Part shown: piece after piece, positions 1 to 9,670 of the stretch
Position numbering within the stretch: the first letter of the stretch is position 1
Layout of the letters: every line of letters starts with the position of its first letter
NCBI GenBank assembly: GCA_021160705.1
Contig: JAGHBZ010000077.1
Span: 1 to 29,250 of the forward strand
Length of the DNA stretch: 29,250 bases
Direction: 5' to 3'
Source: Candidatus Sumerlaeota bacterium
GTDB taxonomy: Bacteria; Sumerlaeota; Sumerlaeia; MWCT01; JAGHBZ01
Notes under the pieces: generated by a model
Database searches by the model: none
What the model was told of the DNA's origin: nothing
What the model saw: the letters and a program-made list of their open reading frames with translations, nothing else
Made by a program: the position numbers and the translations under genes

Positions 1-340
1 CCCTTTGAAGGAGGAGGGGTTTTTTTATGTTATCGTATTATTTCTTATCAAAACTTTTAATGTGAGTATATCCATAAATGTATGATAGCATTCTGCAGTT
101 AAGATTAAAAAAATGAAATTTGTAACCATTTTGTTCATTTGAAATAATTCCGAGAGGAACTCCCTGGAAATAGAAAATATCAAGACACCCTGCCAGCAAG
201 AACCTCTGGAGAGAGAGCTAATTGTGCTTTGTCCATTAAACCGAAAAAGCAAAAAATAACAGGCGAAGAGGTTCAACCTATGTGAAGTGAAGGTGAATTC
301 CGGCACATTAACCACACATTTCTCAATCTTGTAGTCAATG

Positions 341-2665
341 CTAATTAGATTGGAGTGTTTTAGTGCTCGGGGTGGTGTGTTTCATAATTGTGAGGAGCGA
401 AATTATGGCAAATAATGTGAGGAGTGTGATATAGAGTCCGAGTCTGAAAGAGAAGGGTCTGTAGGTGAATCTTATGATGTGCGAACCAGCGGGGATGTTC
501 ACCATTCGGAATAAATGATTCGCAGTAAAAATATGCAGTTTTTTTGTTCCATCCAGATACGCCCGCCAGCCGGTAAAATTGGGTTCACTTATCACAATAT
601 AGCACTCCTTACGAGCACTTACACGGAGGCTAATCTCGTCTTCGCTGTAATTAATAACGCTGTAGTTGAGTGATATTTCGTCAGGGTTCTGAAATATCAT
701 TTCGCCAGGAGTAGACACCAGTTGGTCCGACTCAGTTACACTGAACCGATATGGATTCAACTGCTCAGGAAGAGTGGCAAGTGCCTGTCCTGACTTCACA
801 AACTGCACACGTTCAGGCGCATAAACATACGGCATCTGCTCCTCTGGTATGCTCAATAAAACGCTATTTCCCTCCTGCTTCACAATCTTGTACCCGAGGT
901 TCATAAATTTTTCAGGATGTTTGGTAAGAACATAGTTGACCTTGAATAGCCGAAGAAACTCCGGGCTCTCAAACCAGTAGCGCTCTAATAGGTCAAAATA
1001 TCTTTTGAACCCAACAGGATGATACCCGTGTGGTGTGGCAATACGTCTCGCAATCATACGCATACGAAGTACATTTGAGGTATCCAGCAGGCGTGGGGGA
1101 CTTTTATCTGCTCTTCGCTTGATATACGAATCTATTTCGTAGTTGAACAGGTAGTTATGATAACCCTGAATCGGTATGGGGTTAATAAATATGCGGTCGT
1201 TTGCTCTCAGGTCGAAAAATGCTACCAGTATTAGTATTCCGCTCAGGATATAGAGATAACTCTTCTGCTGATGGAAACGAACAATCAGCGACATAACAAG
1301 CAGAAGAACGCCCAGATAAAACGTCAGATGAATCACCGCTAATAGCAGGAACGGGAAAGTGCGAAAAAAGGAGATACTCGTGGGTATCCTGCCATCTCTC
1401 CACAATAGCCAGACCAACAGTGATGAAAATGCTAACAGAAAAAATCCACTGGATGTATACAACAGTCGCCTGTACATTCGGAGTGTGAGATTGCCGTAAG
1501 GTTTTCGCCAGAAATGGTCAAATCCGAGTGCTGACAGTGTGACCAGACTGAATGTCATCACGACCATTATGGTGGCAGGTGAACGAAATTTGTTGTACCC
1601 GGGGACGTGCTCATAAAAGAATCGGTAGAGTGGCGAGAATTTGCCACACGCAAGAGCCATAGAGAGGAGAAATAAAATGGCAAAAAACCAGCGCCACCGA
1701 TTGTGTCCTGCGAAAAGCCCGATGATTGCAAATACCCATACCCCTGCCCCCACGTAGTCGGTCACAAGACGTTCCTTCCATCTTCCCTGATACTGTCCAT
1801 ATCCCTTCTCAGTGCTATCGCCGACAAAACGCGGAAATAGAAGCTCGGGCAGTTCCTCAGGCGGAAACGAACCTGCTATGGCTTCTTTATAAGGGACGCA
1901 AGGTGAACGGTTGCTCTCCCCCGCCATCTCCAGTGAAGGCAATAACTGAACTGAGGACAGGAATAACCCGATGAGTAGCATCAGTACCACTGGAATGAGC
2001 ACTTTTTGAATAAAATTTCGTACAGTGATGGCATCCGCTATAAAGGCGAACAGAAAAAATAGCCCGAGAATCTGCACCGTATAATAAAAAATCTGCAGAT
2101 GACTGGCAAGGATTTGCAATGCGAGTCCAGTGCCACCAATGAGCAGGTATTTAGTCTCCTGACGCTGGAGATAAAAGTTCGCTGACCCAATGACCAGTGG
2201 TAGCCAGATGATTGCCTGAACTTTCTGCAGGTGTCCGGGATGTATCAACGAGACCAGATGCCCGGAGGACATAAACACGACACCACCAAAGATGGCACTA
2301 ACCTCGCTTAGACCAAAAGAACGGCAAGAATAATAAAATGTCAATCCGGCAATGAGCAGTGCAATAAAATATTGAAGGTTGAACACCAGTGGAAATGGCA
2401 AAAATGCCGACAGAATATTTGTCGGATAAAAAGGACAGAACGCAAAGGAGCCGATGAATGGTATACCACAAAATAAATACGGTATCCACAACGGAATGAC
2501 CGCATTGTGCCGAACCACCTGCCAGCCATAATAACTGAGAATGTAATCATGACTTACAGTATCACGTCCGTAGAGCAGGACTTTGTTGCTCAGTGCGTCG
2601 CCTACAAGAAGAAGACCCACTATAATAAAAATACTTATTGGCAATATTCTTGTGAAACGTCCCAT
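341..2665 (-). CDS. YfhO-family multi-pass membrane protein (putative GT-C fold glycosyltransferase)
   Basis: 774 aa ORF with many hydrophobic segments. N-terminal 'PLWIPYLFCGIPFIG...FYP' and C-terminal soluble region 'YIVISEPNFTGWRAYLDG...IFTANHLFRMVNIPAGSHIIRFTYRP' are typical of YfhO-like proteins. Confidence 0.8.
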   Translation of the reverse strand: MGRFTRILPISIFIIVGLLLVGDALSNKVLLYGRDTVSHDYILSYYGWQVVRHNAVIPLWIPYLFCGIPFIGSFAFCPFYPTNILSAFLPFPLVFNLQYFIALLIAGLTFYYSCRSFGLSEVSAIFGGVVFMSSGHLVSLIHPGHLQKVQAIIWLPLVIGSANFYLQRQETKYLLIGGTGLALQILASHLQIFYYTVQILGLFFLFAFIADAITVRNFIQKVLIPVVLMLLIGLFLSSVQLLPSLEMAGESNRSPCVPYKEAIAGSFPPEELPELLFPRFVGDSTEKGYGQYQGRWKERLVTDYVGAGVWVFAIIGLFAGHNRWRWFFAILFLLSMALACGKFSPLYRFFYEHVPGYNKFRSPATIMVVMTFSLVTLSALGFDHFWRKPYGNLTLRMYRRLLYTSSGFFLLAFSSLLVWLLWRDGRIPTSISFFRTFPFLLLAVIHLTFYLGVLLLVMSLIVRFHQQKSYLYILSGILILVAFFDLRANDRIFINPIPIQGYHNYLFNYEIDSYIKRRADKSPPRLLDTSNVLRMRMIARRIATPHGYHPVGFKRYFDLLERYWFESPEFLRLFKVNYVLTKHPEKFMNLGYKIVKQEGNSVLLSIPEEQMPYVYAPERVQFVKSGQALATLPEQLNPYRFSVTESDQLVSTPGEMIFQNPDEISLNYSVINYSEDEISLRVSARKECYIVISEPNFTGWRAYLDGTKKLHIFTANHLFRMVNIPAGSHIIRFTYRPFSFRLGLYITLLTLFAIISLLTIMKHTTPSTKTLQSN

Positions 2666-2736
2666 CTGAAAGCACTGTCTCTCCGGTCAACGCAATTCAG
2701 CGCTATCCTCCCGGCACCAGCTGAACAATGATAAAC

Positions 2737-2765
2737 AGAATAGTGTTATCTTCGGAGTCTGTCAA
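2737..2765 (-). promoter_or_regulatory. sigma70-type promoter for the YfhO-like gene
   Basis: Minus strand TTGACA (2765-2760), 17-bp spacer, TATTCT (2742-2737), about 70 bp upstream of the ATG at 2665. Confidence 0.65.
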
Positions 2766-2829
2766 AAGCACAATACAAAAAATGTAACTATCCCTCAGAC
2801 CAGTGTAAATTTCAGGCTGTTTAAAAGTG

Positions 2830-2859
2830 TTGACATCTTTAACTTGGAGATGGTATGCT
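2830..2859 (+). promoter_or_regulatory. sigma70-type promoter with extended -10 for the coiled-coil gene
   Basis: TTGACA 2830-2835, 18-bp spacer, TG-n-TATGCT 2851-2859. It overlaps the ORF-track start (2827), so the true start is probably ATG 2878 or 2890. Confidence 0.6.
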
Positions 2860-2877
2860 AATGGAAGATTATATTTT

Positions 2878-3363
2878 ATGGATACTGAGATGACAGACCG
2901 AGAAGAGAAATTACTGGAACGGTTTACAGGGAAGATAAAAGACCTGCTGTTCCCTGAGTTCAAGGAACTACACAACAGGATGAGTAATATTGAGCAACGG
3001 ATGGAAGGTGTGGAAAAACAGATGCTCCACGTCGCCAAACGTCTTGACGACCATCAGCAACAACTGGTTATGCTAAACCAGCGGATTGACGAGACAAACC
3101 AGCGGATTGATAGAATCCATGCAGATGTTATCAACAGATTAGATGCAATGAACCAGCGGATAGATAATGTTAACCTCGAATTAAGCAAACGTATGGAAAA
3201 TTTATGGATTGCAATTAGTGGGCAAATGAACGGGTTTAATGAGCGACTTGACCGACTTCACGCCGCGATGGTTAAACACGATGAACACCATCTCCTTGAG
3301 GTAAAGCTGGAAAAACTCTCAGAACGAGTAGAGCGACTGGAGGCACATTTAGAGCCACGTTGA
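2878..3363 (+). CDS. Coiled-coil hypothetical protein with NQRID heptad repeats
   Basis: Continuous heptad pattern; NQRID three times (nt 3076, 3097, 3151). Start moved from 2827 because of the promoter position. Confidence 0.7.
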   Translation: MDTEMTDREEKLLERFTGKIKDLLFPEFKELHNRMSNIEQRMEGVEKQMLHVAKRLDDHQQQLVMLNQRIDETNQRIDRIHADVINRLDAMNQRIDNVNLELSKRMENLWIAISGQMNGFNERLDRLHAAMVKHDEHHLLEVKLEKLSERVERLEAHLEPR

Positions 3364-3802
3364 GCTCTCATCCCTCCTGAGAAATCTCCCTCGCTGGTAG
3401 AAAAGTGGTGTTCCACAAAACTCTCTTAAATTTATCGCTACTAATAAAGGGATTCACTTCTTCTCTTCTCTTTCACCCTGAGAATTTTGCAAAATAATAT
3501 AAAGTGAAGGCTGTGTAGTATTTGTATTCTTCTCTCGCCCTGGAGTAAAGCTTAACCTGCTCCGGGCTAATATATCCCCCGTCATAAAAGTACTTTCTGC
3601 AGAAACCTTATTCGCCTCCTATCAAAAATCAAAAACTACACAGGCGGAGTTTCTATTTATCATTGAAATGCCATCCTGGTGAGCATTAAGCCAGAAAAAA
3701 AGCAGAAAATTTCCAGATAGAATCAAGATACTTTTATAGCCAGATGGCTCATAATCTATGTTGTTTATTAAGTGGATTTCTCCACTGTGCAGAAAGGAGT
3801 GA

Positions 3803-5062
3803 ATGACTATGAAAATTTTTATCGGCGACCTGCACTTAGGCTGCGGTGATGAACGCGACGACTTCCTTTATCTCGGCAAAGATGCTGATGAGGCTGAGTT
3901 ACAGAAGAAATCGTTTCGCCGTCGTGCGTTCACACGTATGCATCAGCTCTTTGAAAAATTTATTGAGTATATCCTGAGGATGGCAGAAGAGAAAGATAAT
4001 AGCCAGCCACCTGAGCTCGTTCTTTTAGGTGATATTTTTGACCTCCTGCAGGTCGAACCCGTGGAGGAGGAGTTCCGTAAACCTGCACGACTACAGCGGA
4101 TTTATGATGCACATAAACCCTTTTTCTCCGCACTCAATCACTTTGCTGAGAATGGTGGCAGGATTACGTTTGTCATCGGCAACCATGACCATGAACTCGT
4201 GGATAAAAAAATGTTTAAATTACTCCGTGAATTTTTGCCTTCTCTGAACAAGAACTACGGTAGCAAACCTTTGTTCGCTTACGTGGATGAGGAATGGGGG
4301 ATTTATGCGGAGCATGGAAATCAGCTCGACCCGGTCAATCGGTTCAACGATTTTAAGAATCCTGAGGAGTTACCGGTGGGGTCAATTATCGTCATCAAAC
4401 TGGTGAATCCATTTGAACCGAGCTGCCCTTTGTTTGATAACATTCAGGGTACTTATGAGACGCTGTGGTACGCTGCCTCACGCCTGCCAGAACTGGTAGC
4501 ACCTGAACTCCTTAAACAATCAAGAGAATACCAGAAAATGAACCTGGGACTGACCGCAACACTTATAAATCATCTCCTCTACATCCTCGTCAGCAAAAAA
4601 GTGCTCCATATCAAACCCGAGTACCTGCCGTTGATAGGCGAAGCAGTGATAGCAGCTGAGGCGCTCATAAGAAAATTCTCCGGCAAAAAGAAAAGACCCC
4701 CACGTTACCTTAACCATCTGCGAATACTTAGCGAAGCCACTCAATCATCAATTCTGAGCCAGGCAGAGAGAATCCTTGCGTATCCAGAACGAGCACATCT
4801 CCTGAGCAGAGTGCCGAAAAAACTCAATGTCCTGTTATTCGGGCATACTCATCAGCCACTTACACTCAGGACTGAGTCAGGTGTTTATGCTAATTGCGGT
4901 TGCTGGCGACCACGCGCAATTGCCCTTTATCGGAAGGTGTTTCGACTACGACAGACACTAAACTTTGTCGTCGTGTCAAAGACCCGTACAGGTAAAGTGC
5001 GAGTCCGACTCCTTGACTTTTTAAAAACCTTAGAGCGTGAGGCGAGTCCTGAGAATACATAG
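3803..5062 (+). CDS. Calcineurin-like metallophosphoesterase (LpxH/YbbF-like motif set)
   Basis: All five motifs in order: GDLH, LGDIFD, GNHD, EHG, GHTH. SD AAGGAG at 3794-3799; start may be ATG 3809. Confidence 0.85.
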   Translation: MTMKIFIGDLHLGCGDERDDFLYLGKDADEAELQKKSFRRRAFTRMHQLFEKFIEYILRMAEEKDNSQPPELVLLGDIFDLLQVEPVEEEFRKPARLQRIYDAHKPFFSALNHFAENGGRITFVIGNHDHELVDKKMFKLLREFLPSLNKNYGSKPLFAYVDEEWGIYAEHGNQLDPVNRFNDFKNPEELPVGSIIVIKLVNPFEPSCPLFDNIQGTYETLWYAASRLPELVAPELLKQSREYQKMNLGLTATLINHLLYILVSKKVLHIKPEYLPLIGEAVIAAEALIRKFSGKKKRPPRYLNHLRILSEATQSSILSQAERILAYPERAHLLSRVPKKLNVLLFGHTHQPLTLRTESGVYANCGCWRPRAIALYRKVFRLRQTLNFVVVSKTRTGKVRVRLLDFLKTLEREASPENT

Positions 5063-5229
5063 ACTCTTTAAAGTATAATTTGGACTTTTGTGTCAATTAA
5101 GGTTCTTCTTACTTGAAGATACCCTACCATCAGGATTATAAATATCTCACTTCTCACTATGAATTATTTTTAATGCAATGTTAAAATATATCTTTCATCG
5201 CTGGCGAATAAAACACTCAAATACGGATA

Positions 5230-5997
5230 ATGCACCATAGTTTTTTAGATAAGTATAGCGAATTGGAGAGCCCAGTTCATCGGATACATCCACTGGTGAA
5301 GCTCTGTGGATACGGTGTTATTCTGCTCTTCACGTTGACAGCCAGTATATACAGACCACTGGAGTTTGTTATAGCAGGAGTGCTGATTTTAGGTGTGGTG
5401 AGCATATCAAGGATTCCCATTATATACGTGATTCGCAAGACGCTTTTGCTTTCGCCACTGATGATTACGTTACTCATTCTACTGCCGTTTATTCGTGGAG
5501 AACGGATTCTCTGGGGTATCAACTTCATTTTCCCGATTTCCATAACCGCAGAGGGAGTGTATTTGAGTGGCACAATTGCAGTGAAATCAGTGCTGGTGTT
5601 CTGGTCAAGTGTATTGCTGGTCTCCACGACTCGTTTTCCAGACCTCCTTTACGCGCTTCGTATGGTGCGAGTACCTCAGACTATGATAACTGTTCTTGCA
5701 TTTATGTATCGGTACGTTTTTCTCCTGATTGATGAGACCGAGCGAATGGAGACCGCGCACAGGGCTCGGCTGGTCAGGCGTCAGGGATTACCACTATTGA
5801 TGAAGTCGGTGGTCTACCTTGTTCGGGCAATTTTTATACGTAGTTTTGAACGAAGCACACGGGTATACCAGGCGATGTGTGCGCGTGGGTTCAGGGGCGA
5901 GGTGTGTCTCCTACAAACGCCTTCAATCCATACGGCTGACATTGTATTCCTCTTTGTTTTTACTGGATTAATTGTTGTAATCAAGCTGGCGATTTAG
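5230..5997 (+). CDS. cbiQ: ECF transporter transmembrane T component, CbiQ/NikQ type
   Basis: 'MHHSFLDKYSELESPVHRIHP..KL' N-terminus, 'STTRFPDLLYALR..RVP', 'FMYRY...E..RM..A..AR' and 'FIRSFERS.RVYQAM.ARGF'. Confidence 0.9.
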   Translation: MHHSFLDKYSELESPVHRIHPLVKLCGYGVILLFTLTASIYRPLEFVIAGVLILGVVSISRIPIIYVIRKTLLLSPLMITLLILLPFIRGERILWGINFIFPISITAEGVYLSGTIAVKSVLVFWSSVLLVSTTRFPDLLYALRMVRVPQTMITVLAFMYRYVFLLIDETERMETAHRARLVRRQGLPLLMKSVVYLVRAIFIRSFERSTRVYQAMCARGFRGEVCLLQTPSIHTADIVFLFVFTGLIVVIKLAI

Positions 5998-6006
5998 GAA
6001 CCAAAA

Positions 6007-6759
6007 ATGCAAATGACAGACGTGGATAGAACAAACACTCCTGTGCTCAGGCTCAAAGATGTCTATTATACATATCCGGATGGAGTGGAATCGTTAAGAG
6101 GCGTCTCGCTTGAAGTTTACAGGGATGAAAAAGTGGGACTGGTCGGACCGAACGGAGCAGGGAAGTCAACGTTGATGACTGTGGTGATTGGTATCCGAAT
6201 CCCACGAACAGGAGAGGTGGAGGTTCTGGGACAGGTACTCAACCCTAAGACACGCCGTGAAATCAGGCGTCGAGCTGGACTGGTTTTTCAGGACCCGGAC
6301 GACCAGCTTTTTTGTCCAACGGTATTTGATGAAGTTGCCTTTGCTCCGATAAATATGGGTTATCCTGAAGAGCAAGTTACTGAAATGGTGGCAAGGGCAC
6401 TAAAACAAGTTGACCTTGAAGGGTATGAACGGCGCTCATCGTTTCATTTAAGCATCGGCGAACGAAAACGGCTGGCATTTGCTACGGTGCTCTCCTATTC
6501 TCCGGAGATATTGCTGATAGACGAACCCTCAGCCAACTTAGACCCCCAGCATCGCCGTCAGACCATTAATCTTCTGAAGAGCCTGCCCCAGACTATGCTC
6601 ATTGCCACCCATGACCTTGACCTGGTGCTTGATGTATGTGAACGTTGCTTTGTAATAAATAGAGGACGCATTGTGGCAGATGGAGATGTAGAGAGTATCC
6701 TGACGGATGAACAATTGCTACTATCAAATGGTTTGGAACTCCCTCTGTCCCGCCAATGA
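6007..6759 (+). CDS. cbiO: ECF transporter ATPase, CbiO/NikO type
   Basis: Walker A GPNGAGKST, 'GLVFQDPDDQLFCPTVFDEVAF', signature LSIGE, Walker B LLIDEP, 'IATHD'. Starts 9 bp after the cbiQ stop. Confidence 0.9.
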   Translation: MQMTDVDRTNTPVLRLKDVYYTYPDGVESLRGVSLEVYRDEKVGLVGPNGAGKSTLMTVVIGIRIPRTGEVEVLGQVLNPKTRREIRRRAGLVFQDPDDQLFCPTVFDEVAFAPINMGYPEEQVTEMVARALKQVDLEGYERRSSFHLSIGERKRLAFATVLSYSPEILLIDEPSANLDPQHRRQTINLLKSLPQTMLIATHDLDLVLDVCERCFVINRGRIVADGDVESILTDEQLLLSNGLELPLSRQ

Positions 6760-6785
6760 GATAATGAGATATGGGGGGGGTGATA

Positions 6786-6841
6786 AGTGAAGCGTGGAGC
6801 GTGAAACGTGAAGCGTGAAACGTGAAGCGTGAAACGTGAAG
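6786..6841. repeat. Tandem 7-bp repeat (CGTGAAA/CGTGAAG), 8 units
   Basis: AGTGAAG CGTGGAG CGTGAAA CGTGAAG CGTGAAA CGTGAAG CGTGAAA CGTGAAG, read directly from the sequence. Confidence 0.95.
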
Positions 6842-7118
6842 CATTGCAACTCCTCCGGCGATGAGATGTGAGGTAGATGGGAGTTCACCACAGCGGTGAA
6901 TGTTCGTGAAGTAAAATAGTTCAATAGCAGGGGCTGAAACATTTTGTCAGCAACAGCCTCTATATCCAACTTAAAAATTGTGATAGAAAAAATTTGCTAT
7001 TAAGGACCACAAATACTATGCATTAAACCGTAACTCAGCTCATTTAAGTAATAGGTGGGAGAAGTGAAGTGCATTAAAACAATAATATGGAACTTGAGGG
7101 TCAGGATTAAATAAAGAA

Positions 7119-7892
7119 ATGTTGACGGCAAAAAATCTCTCTTTTTCCTATGAGCGCAGGGCGGTATTAACAGACATTTCGCTCAGTCTTGAGCAAGGGG
7201 AGCTCGTTGGACTTATAGGACCAAATGGTGCGGGGAAAAGTACATTGATAAAAGTTCTAAGTGGAGTGCTTAGCCCTGAGCAGGGCGAGGTGGTGCTGGC
7301 TGGTATACCACTCTCCACATTGAGCGCAAGGGAGATTGCCCGCCGAATAGCAGTGGTTCCGCAGAGTAGTGGTTTGGTGTTCCCGTATAAAGTGCTGGAG
7401 GTGGTGCTAATGGGTCGGTATGCGGTGGCTGAGGGCAGGTTATTTGACCATCCAACGGATGTGAAGATTGCCTATGATATGCTGGGGGAGGTAGACGCAC
7501 TGGGATTTGCAGACCGCTCATTTCACGAGCTCAGTGGAGGCGAACAACAGCTCGTCATTATTGCCCGAGCCCTGGCACAACAAACTCCCATACTCCTCCT
7601 TGACGAACCAGCCTCTGCGCTTGACCTTAAACATCAGGTGTTTATTGCACGACTGCTATCCCGACTGGTAAAGCGTGAACGTAAAGCTGTGCTCATAGCG
7701 GGGCACAACATTAATTATCTCGCAAGATTTTGTCATCGTCTTGTCGTCATCAAGCACGGCAGGATTATCGCTCAGGGTGAACCACGCCAGATTATAACGC
7801 CAGAGCTAATCTCTGAGGTCTACGAGACCACAGTGGAAATACTTTGCGATAAGTGTGGTAATCCAATTGTGACATTGCCGGGCGTAGAATGA
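7119..7892 (+). CDS. ABC ATPase of the iron-siderophore/haem/cobalamin uptake class (FecE/HmuV/BtuD-like)
   Basis: GPNGAGKST, 'IARRIAVVPQ', 'EVVLMGRY', LSGGEQQ, LLLDEP, 'LDLKHQ', C-terminal 'ITPELISEVYE'. Confidence 0.88.
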   Translation: MLTAKNLSFSYERRAVLTDISLSLEQGELVGLIGPNGAGKSTLIKVLSGVLSPEQGEVVLAGIPLSTLSAREIARRIAVVPQSSGLVFPYKVLEVVLMGRYAVAEGRLFDHPTDVKIAYDMLGEVDALGFADRSFHELSGGEQQLVIIARALAQQTPILLLDEPASALDLKHQVFIARLLSRLVKRERKAVLIAGHNINYLARFCHRLVVIKHGRIIAQGEPRQIITPELISEVYETTVEILCDKCGNPIVTLPGVE

Positions 7893-7982
7893 ATACTCAC
7901 TCAGGGTAGAGGATAATCAGTGAAGTGAGCTGACGTATAGTATTTTACGACAATCTAAATGAAGTAGATTAAAGCACAGGAA

Positions 7983-9554
7983 ATGTCGGGCACAAAAAAA
8001 GCTAACCTGTGGGAACGGCACTCGCTGGGGGTGGTTTTCGTGGCGCTTTTAGCAGGTTCAGCTCTCCTTATTTACGCTCATAGGATTACACCGTATTATC
8101 CGGCAGATAGTTATTTTTACCTTTCAAAGGCACGGAATTTAGTTCAGGGCAAAGGACTCACTGTCAACTGGAACGATGGGTATGATAATAAGTACTTCCC
8201 GGGATATTCAGTGCTCGTGGGTATAGCGGATATGTTATCCCCGGGTTCGCTTCAGCCCTGGTTTCCATTGCAATTATTATGCTTATGGGTGTCGGTGTTA
8301 TTGACGTTCTATTTATTTAAAGAGAGTGGAATAGATGCATTATTGGCGGCAACAACTGCTGGTGCACTTTCACTACATTTTGTTGTTCAAAAATGGAGTG
8401 CAGTGCCATCTGCAGAACCCACTGCACTGGTCTTTATATTGTTGTCGGTGCTCCTGTTTCGCAAAAGTATGTTTTACAGGGATAGGTGCGATACCGGTGA
8501 AGCAGGGCGAGGTAGGTGGAGTCAGCTTCTGGTGTGGGTCTATGGGGTGGGGAGTTTCCTATTAGCAGGTATTGCCTTTGCCACACGTGTGGAGGCAGGA
8601 TACCTCTGGGTAATCGGGATTATATATTTCTGGTATTTCAGAAAATGGCGAAGTTTTCCGGCTCCGGGTCTAATGATTTGCGGTGTCATACTATTTTTCG
8701 TCCCGCTTCTTATATGGCTACTCAGTCAGCCGAGGAGTGAGGGGTCTGCATCACTGCTGTATATCCAGGAGTTTTTTGCCCACCTCTCGTTAAGAGAGAC
8801 AGGAAAGAACTTTATGAGGTATTTATTGTCACCATTTTTAAGCAAAAGATTTATCTCATCATCGCCAATGGCTCAGTTTCTGATATATTTACTGAACGTT
8901 GTGGGAATAGTGAGCATTTTATTTGGTCTGCGAGGGGTAATGGGGCGAAGACTTCAGTTTGTCGCTCTGATAAGCGTGGGGTATATGGCGCTTCATTCTT
9001 TCTGGTATTATAGTTATGAGAGATTTATGTATCTTATTTCGCCTTTGTTATGTCTACTGCTGATGAGTACTTGCCGGGCATTTGTAGATGGAGGTTTTCG
9101 CGGTATTACCCGTTCGTCTTCACAAAAGCAGGCACTGTTTCTGATTGTTGCAATGGGAATATTTATTGTACAGGGACACTATTCAATGCTCCATATAAAA
9201 GACCATAGCGCACATCTGGTATTGCCGGATATGGACTATCGGGAGGTTGCTTCACGTGCAGATGAGTTTGCTGGTAAGGATGGCTCTGTACTAAGCCAAT
9301 GGGGTTCACCACTTGCGTATTACATACGGCGACCCGTGTTCATTGACACGGACGATAAATTCTATTATCGGCAGATGTTTTCAAAAGACAGGACACTGGA
9401 GTTTCTCAGAAAACATAACGTCCGTGTACTAATTATTCGGCAGACACTATTTGATTGGATGCTTACCCATAATATTCCTCTGAATATGAGCTCTCTGTTC
9501 AAACCTATAAAAGAAAGCAAGCACTACCGGCTCATATACGTCAAGCCAGAATAG
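7983..9554 (+). CDS. GT39/ArnT/PMT-like membrane glycosyltransferase (GT-C fold)
   Basis: 523 aa polytopic protein with first-loop 'ADSYFY...ARNL', 'PGYS', 'SAEP' loop, 'TR.E', 'YERFMY' and a soluble C-terminal domain. Confidence 0.7.
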   Translation: MSGTKKANLWERHSLGVVFVALLAGSALLIYAHRITPYYPADSYFYLSKARNLVQGKGLTVNWNDGYDNKYFPGYSVLVGIADMLSPGSLQPWFPLQLLCLWVSVLLTFYLFKESGIDALLAATTAGALSLHFVVQKWSAVPSAEPTALVFILLSVLLFRKSMFYRDRCDTGEAGRGRWSQLLVWVYGVGSFLLAGIAFATRVEAGYLWVIGIIYFWYFRKWRSFPAPGLMICGVILFFVPLLIWLLSQPRSEGSASLLYIQEFFAHLSLRETGKNFMRYLLSPFLSKRFISSSPMAQFLIYLLNVVGIVSILFGLRGVMGRRLQFVALISVGYMALHSFWYYSYERFMYLISPLLCLLLMSTCRAFVDGGFRGITRSSSQKQALFLIVAMGIFIVQGHYSMLHIKDHSAHLVLPDMDYREVASRADEFAGKDGSVLSQWGSPLAYYIRRPVFIDTDDKFYYRQMFSKDRTLEFLRKHNVRVLIIRQTLFDWMLTHNIPLNMSSLFKPIKESKHYRLIYVKPE

Positions 9555-9670
9555 TCCACTTCACTACCGTGAGCTTTGAGCCCTTATACGATTCAATATA
9601 GGATTTTTTATTGCCAGGCGGAGGATATTGTAATAACGTTTTCTATTTGAAATGAGTGGAATTTTCTTTT

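Noticed and set aside
1-26. Possible terminator (CCCT...AGGGG followed by T7)
   Set aside because: Only a 4-5 bp stem is visible and it is cut by the window edge.
25-315. 96-aa minus-strand ORF
   Set aside because: No recognisable motif or SD, in AT-rich sequence; likely spurious.
3470-3610. Minus-strand stop-to-stop frame 'FCRKYFYDGGYISPEQVKLYSRAREEYKYYTAF', faintly like a DNA glycosylase C-terminus, and a hairpin at 3537-3567
   Set aside because: No start codon, no upstream continuation, and the resemblance is too weak without a profile search.
5091-5096. Antisense TTGACA promoter after the phosphoesterase gene
   Set aside because: The nearest -10-like hexamer (TATACT) is only 13 bp away.
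6599-6969. Minus-strand ORFs with 'FHASRFT' repeats
   Set aside because: They are translations of the 7-bp DNA repeat, antisense to cbiO.
6760-7118. Cobalamin riboswitch or Fur box upstream of the FecE/BtuD-like ATPase
   Set aside because: Only two short hairpins and a partial GATAATGA; no B12-box or full 19-bp Fur box.
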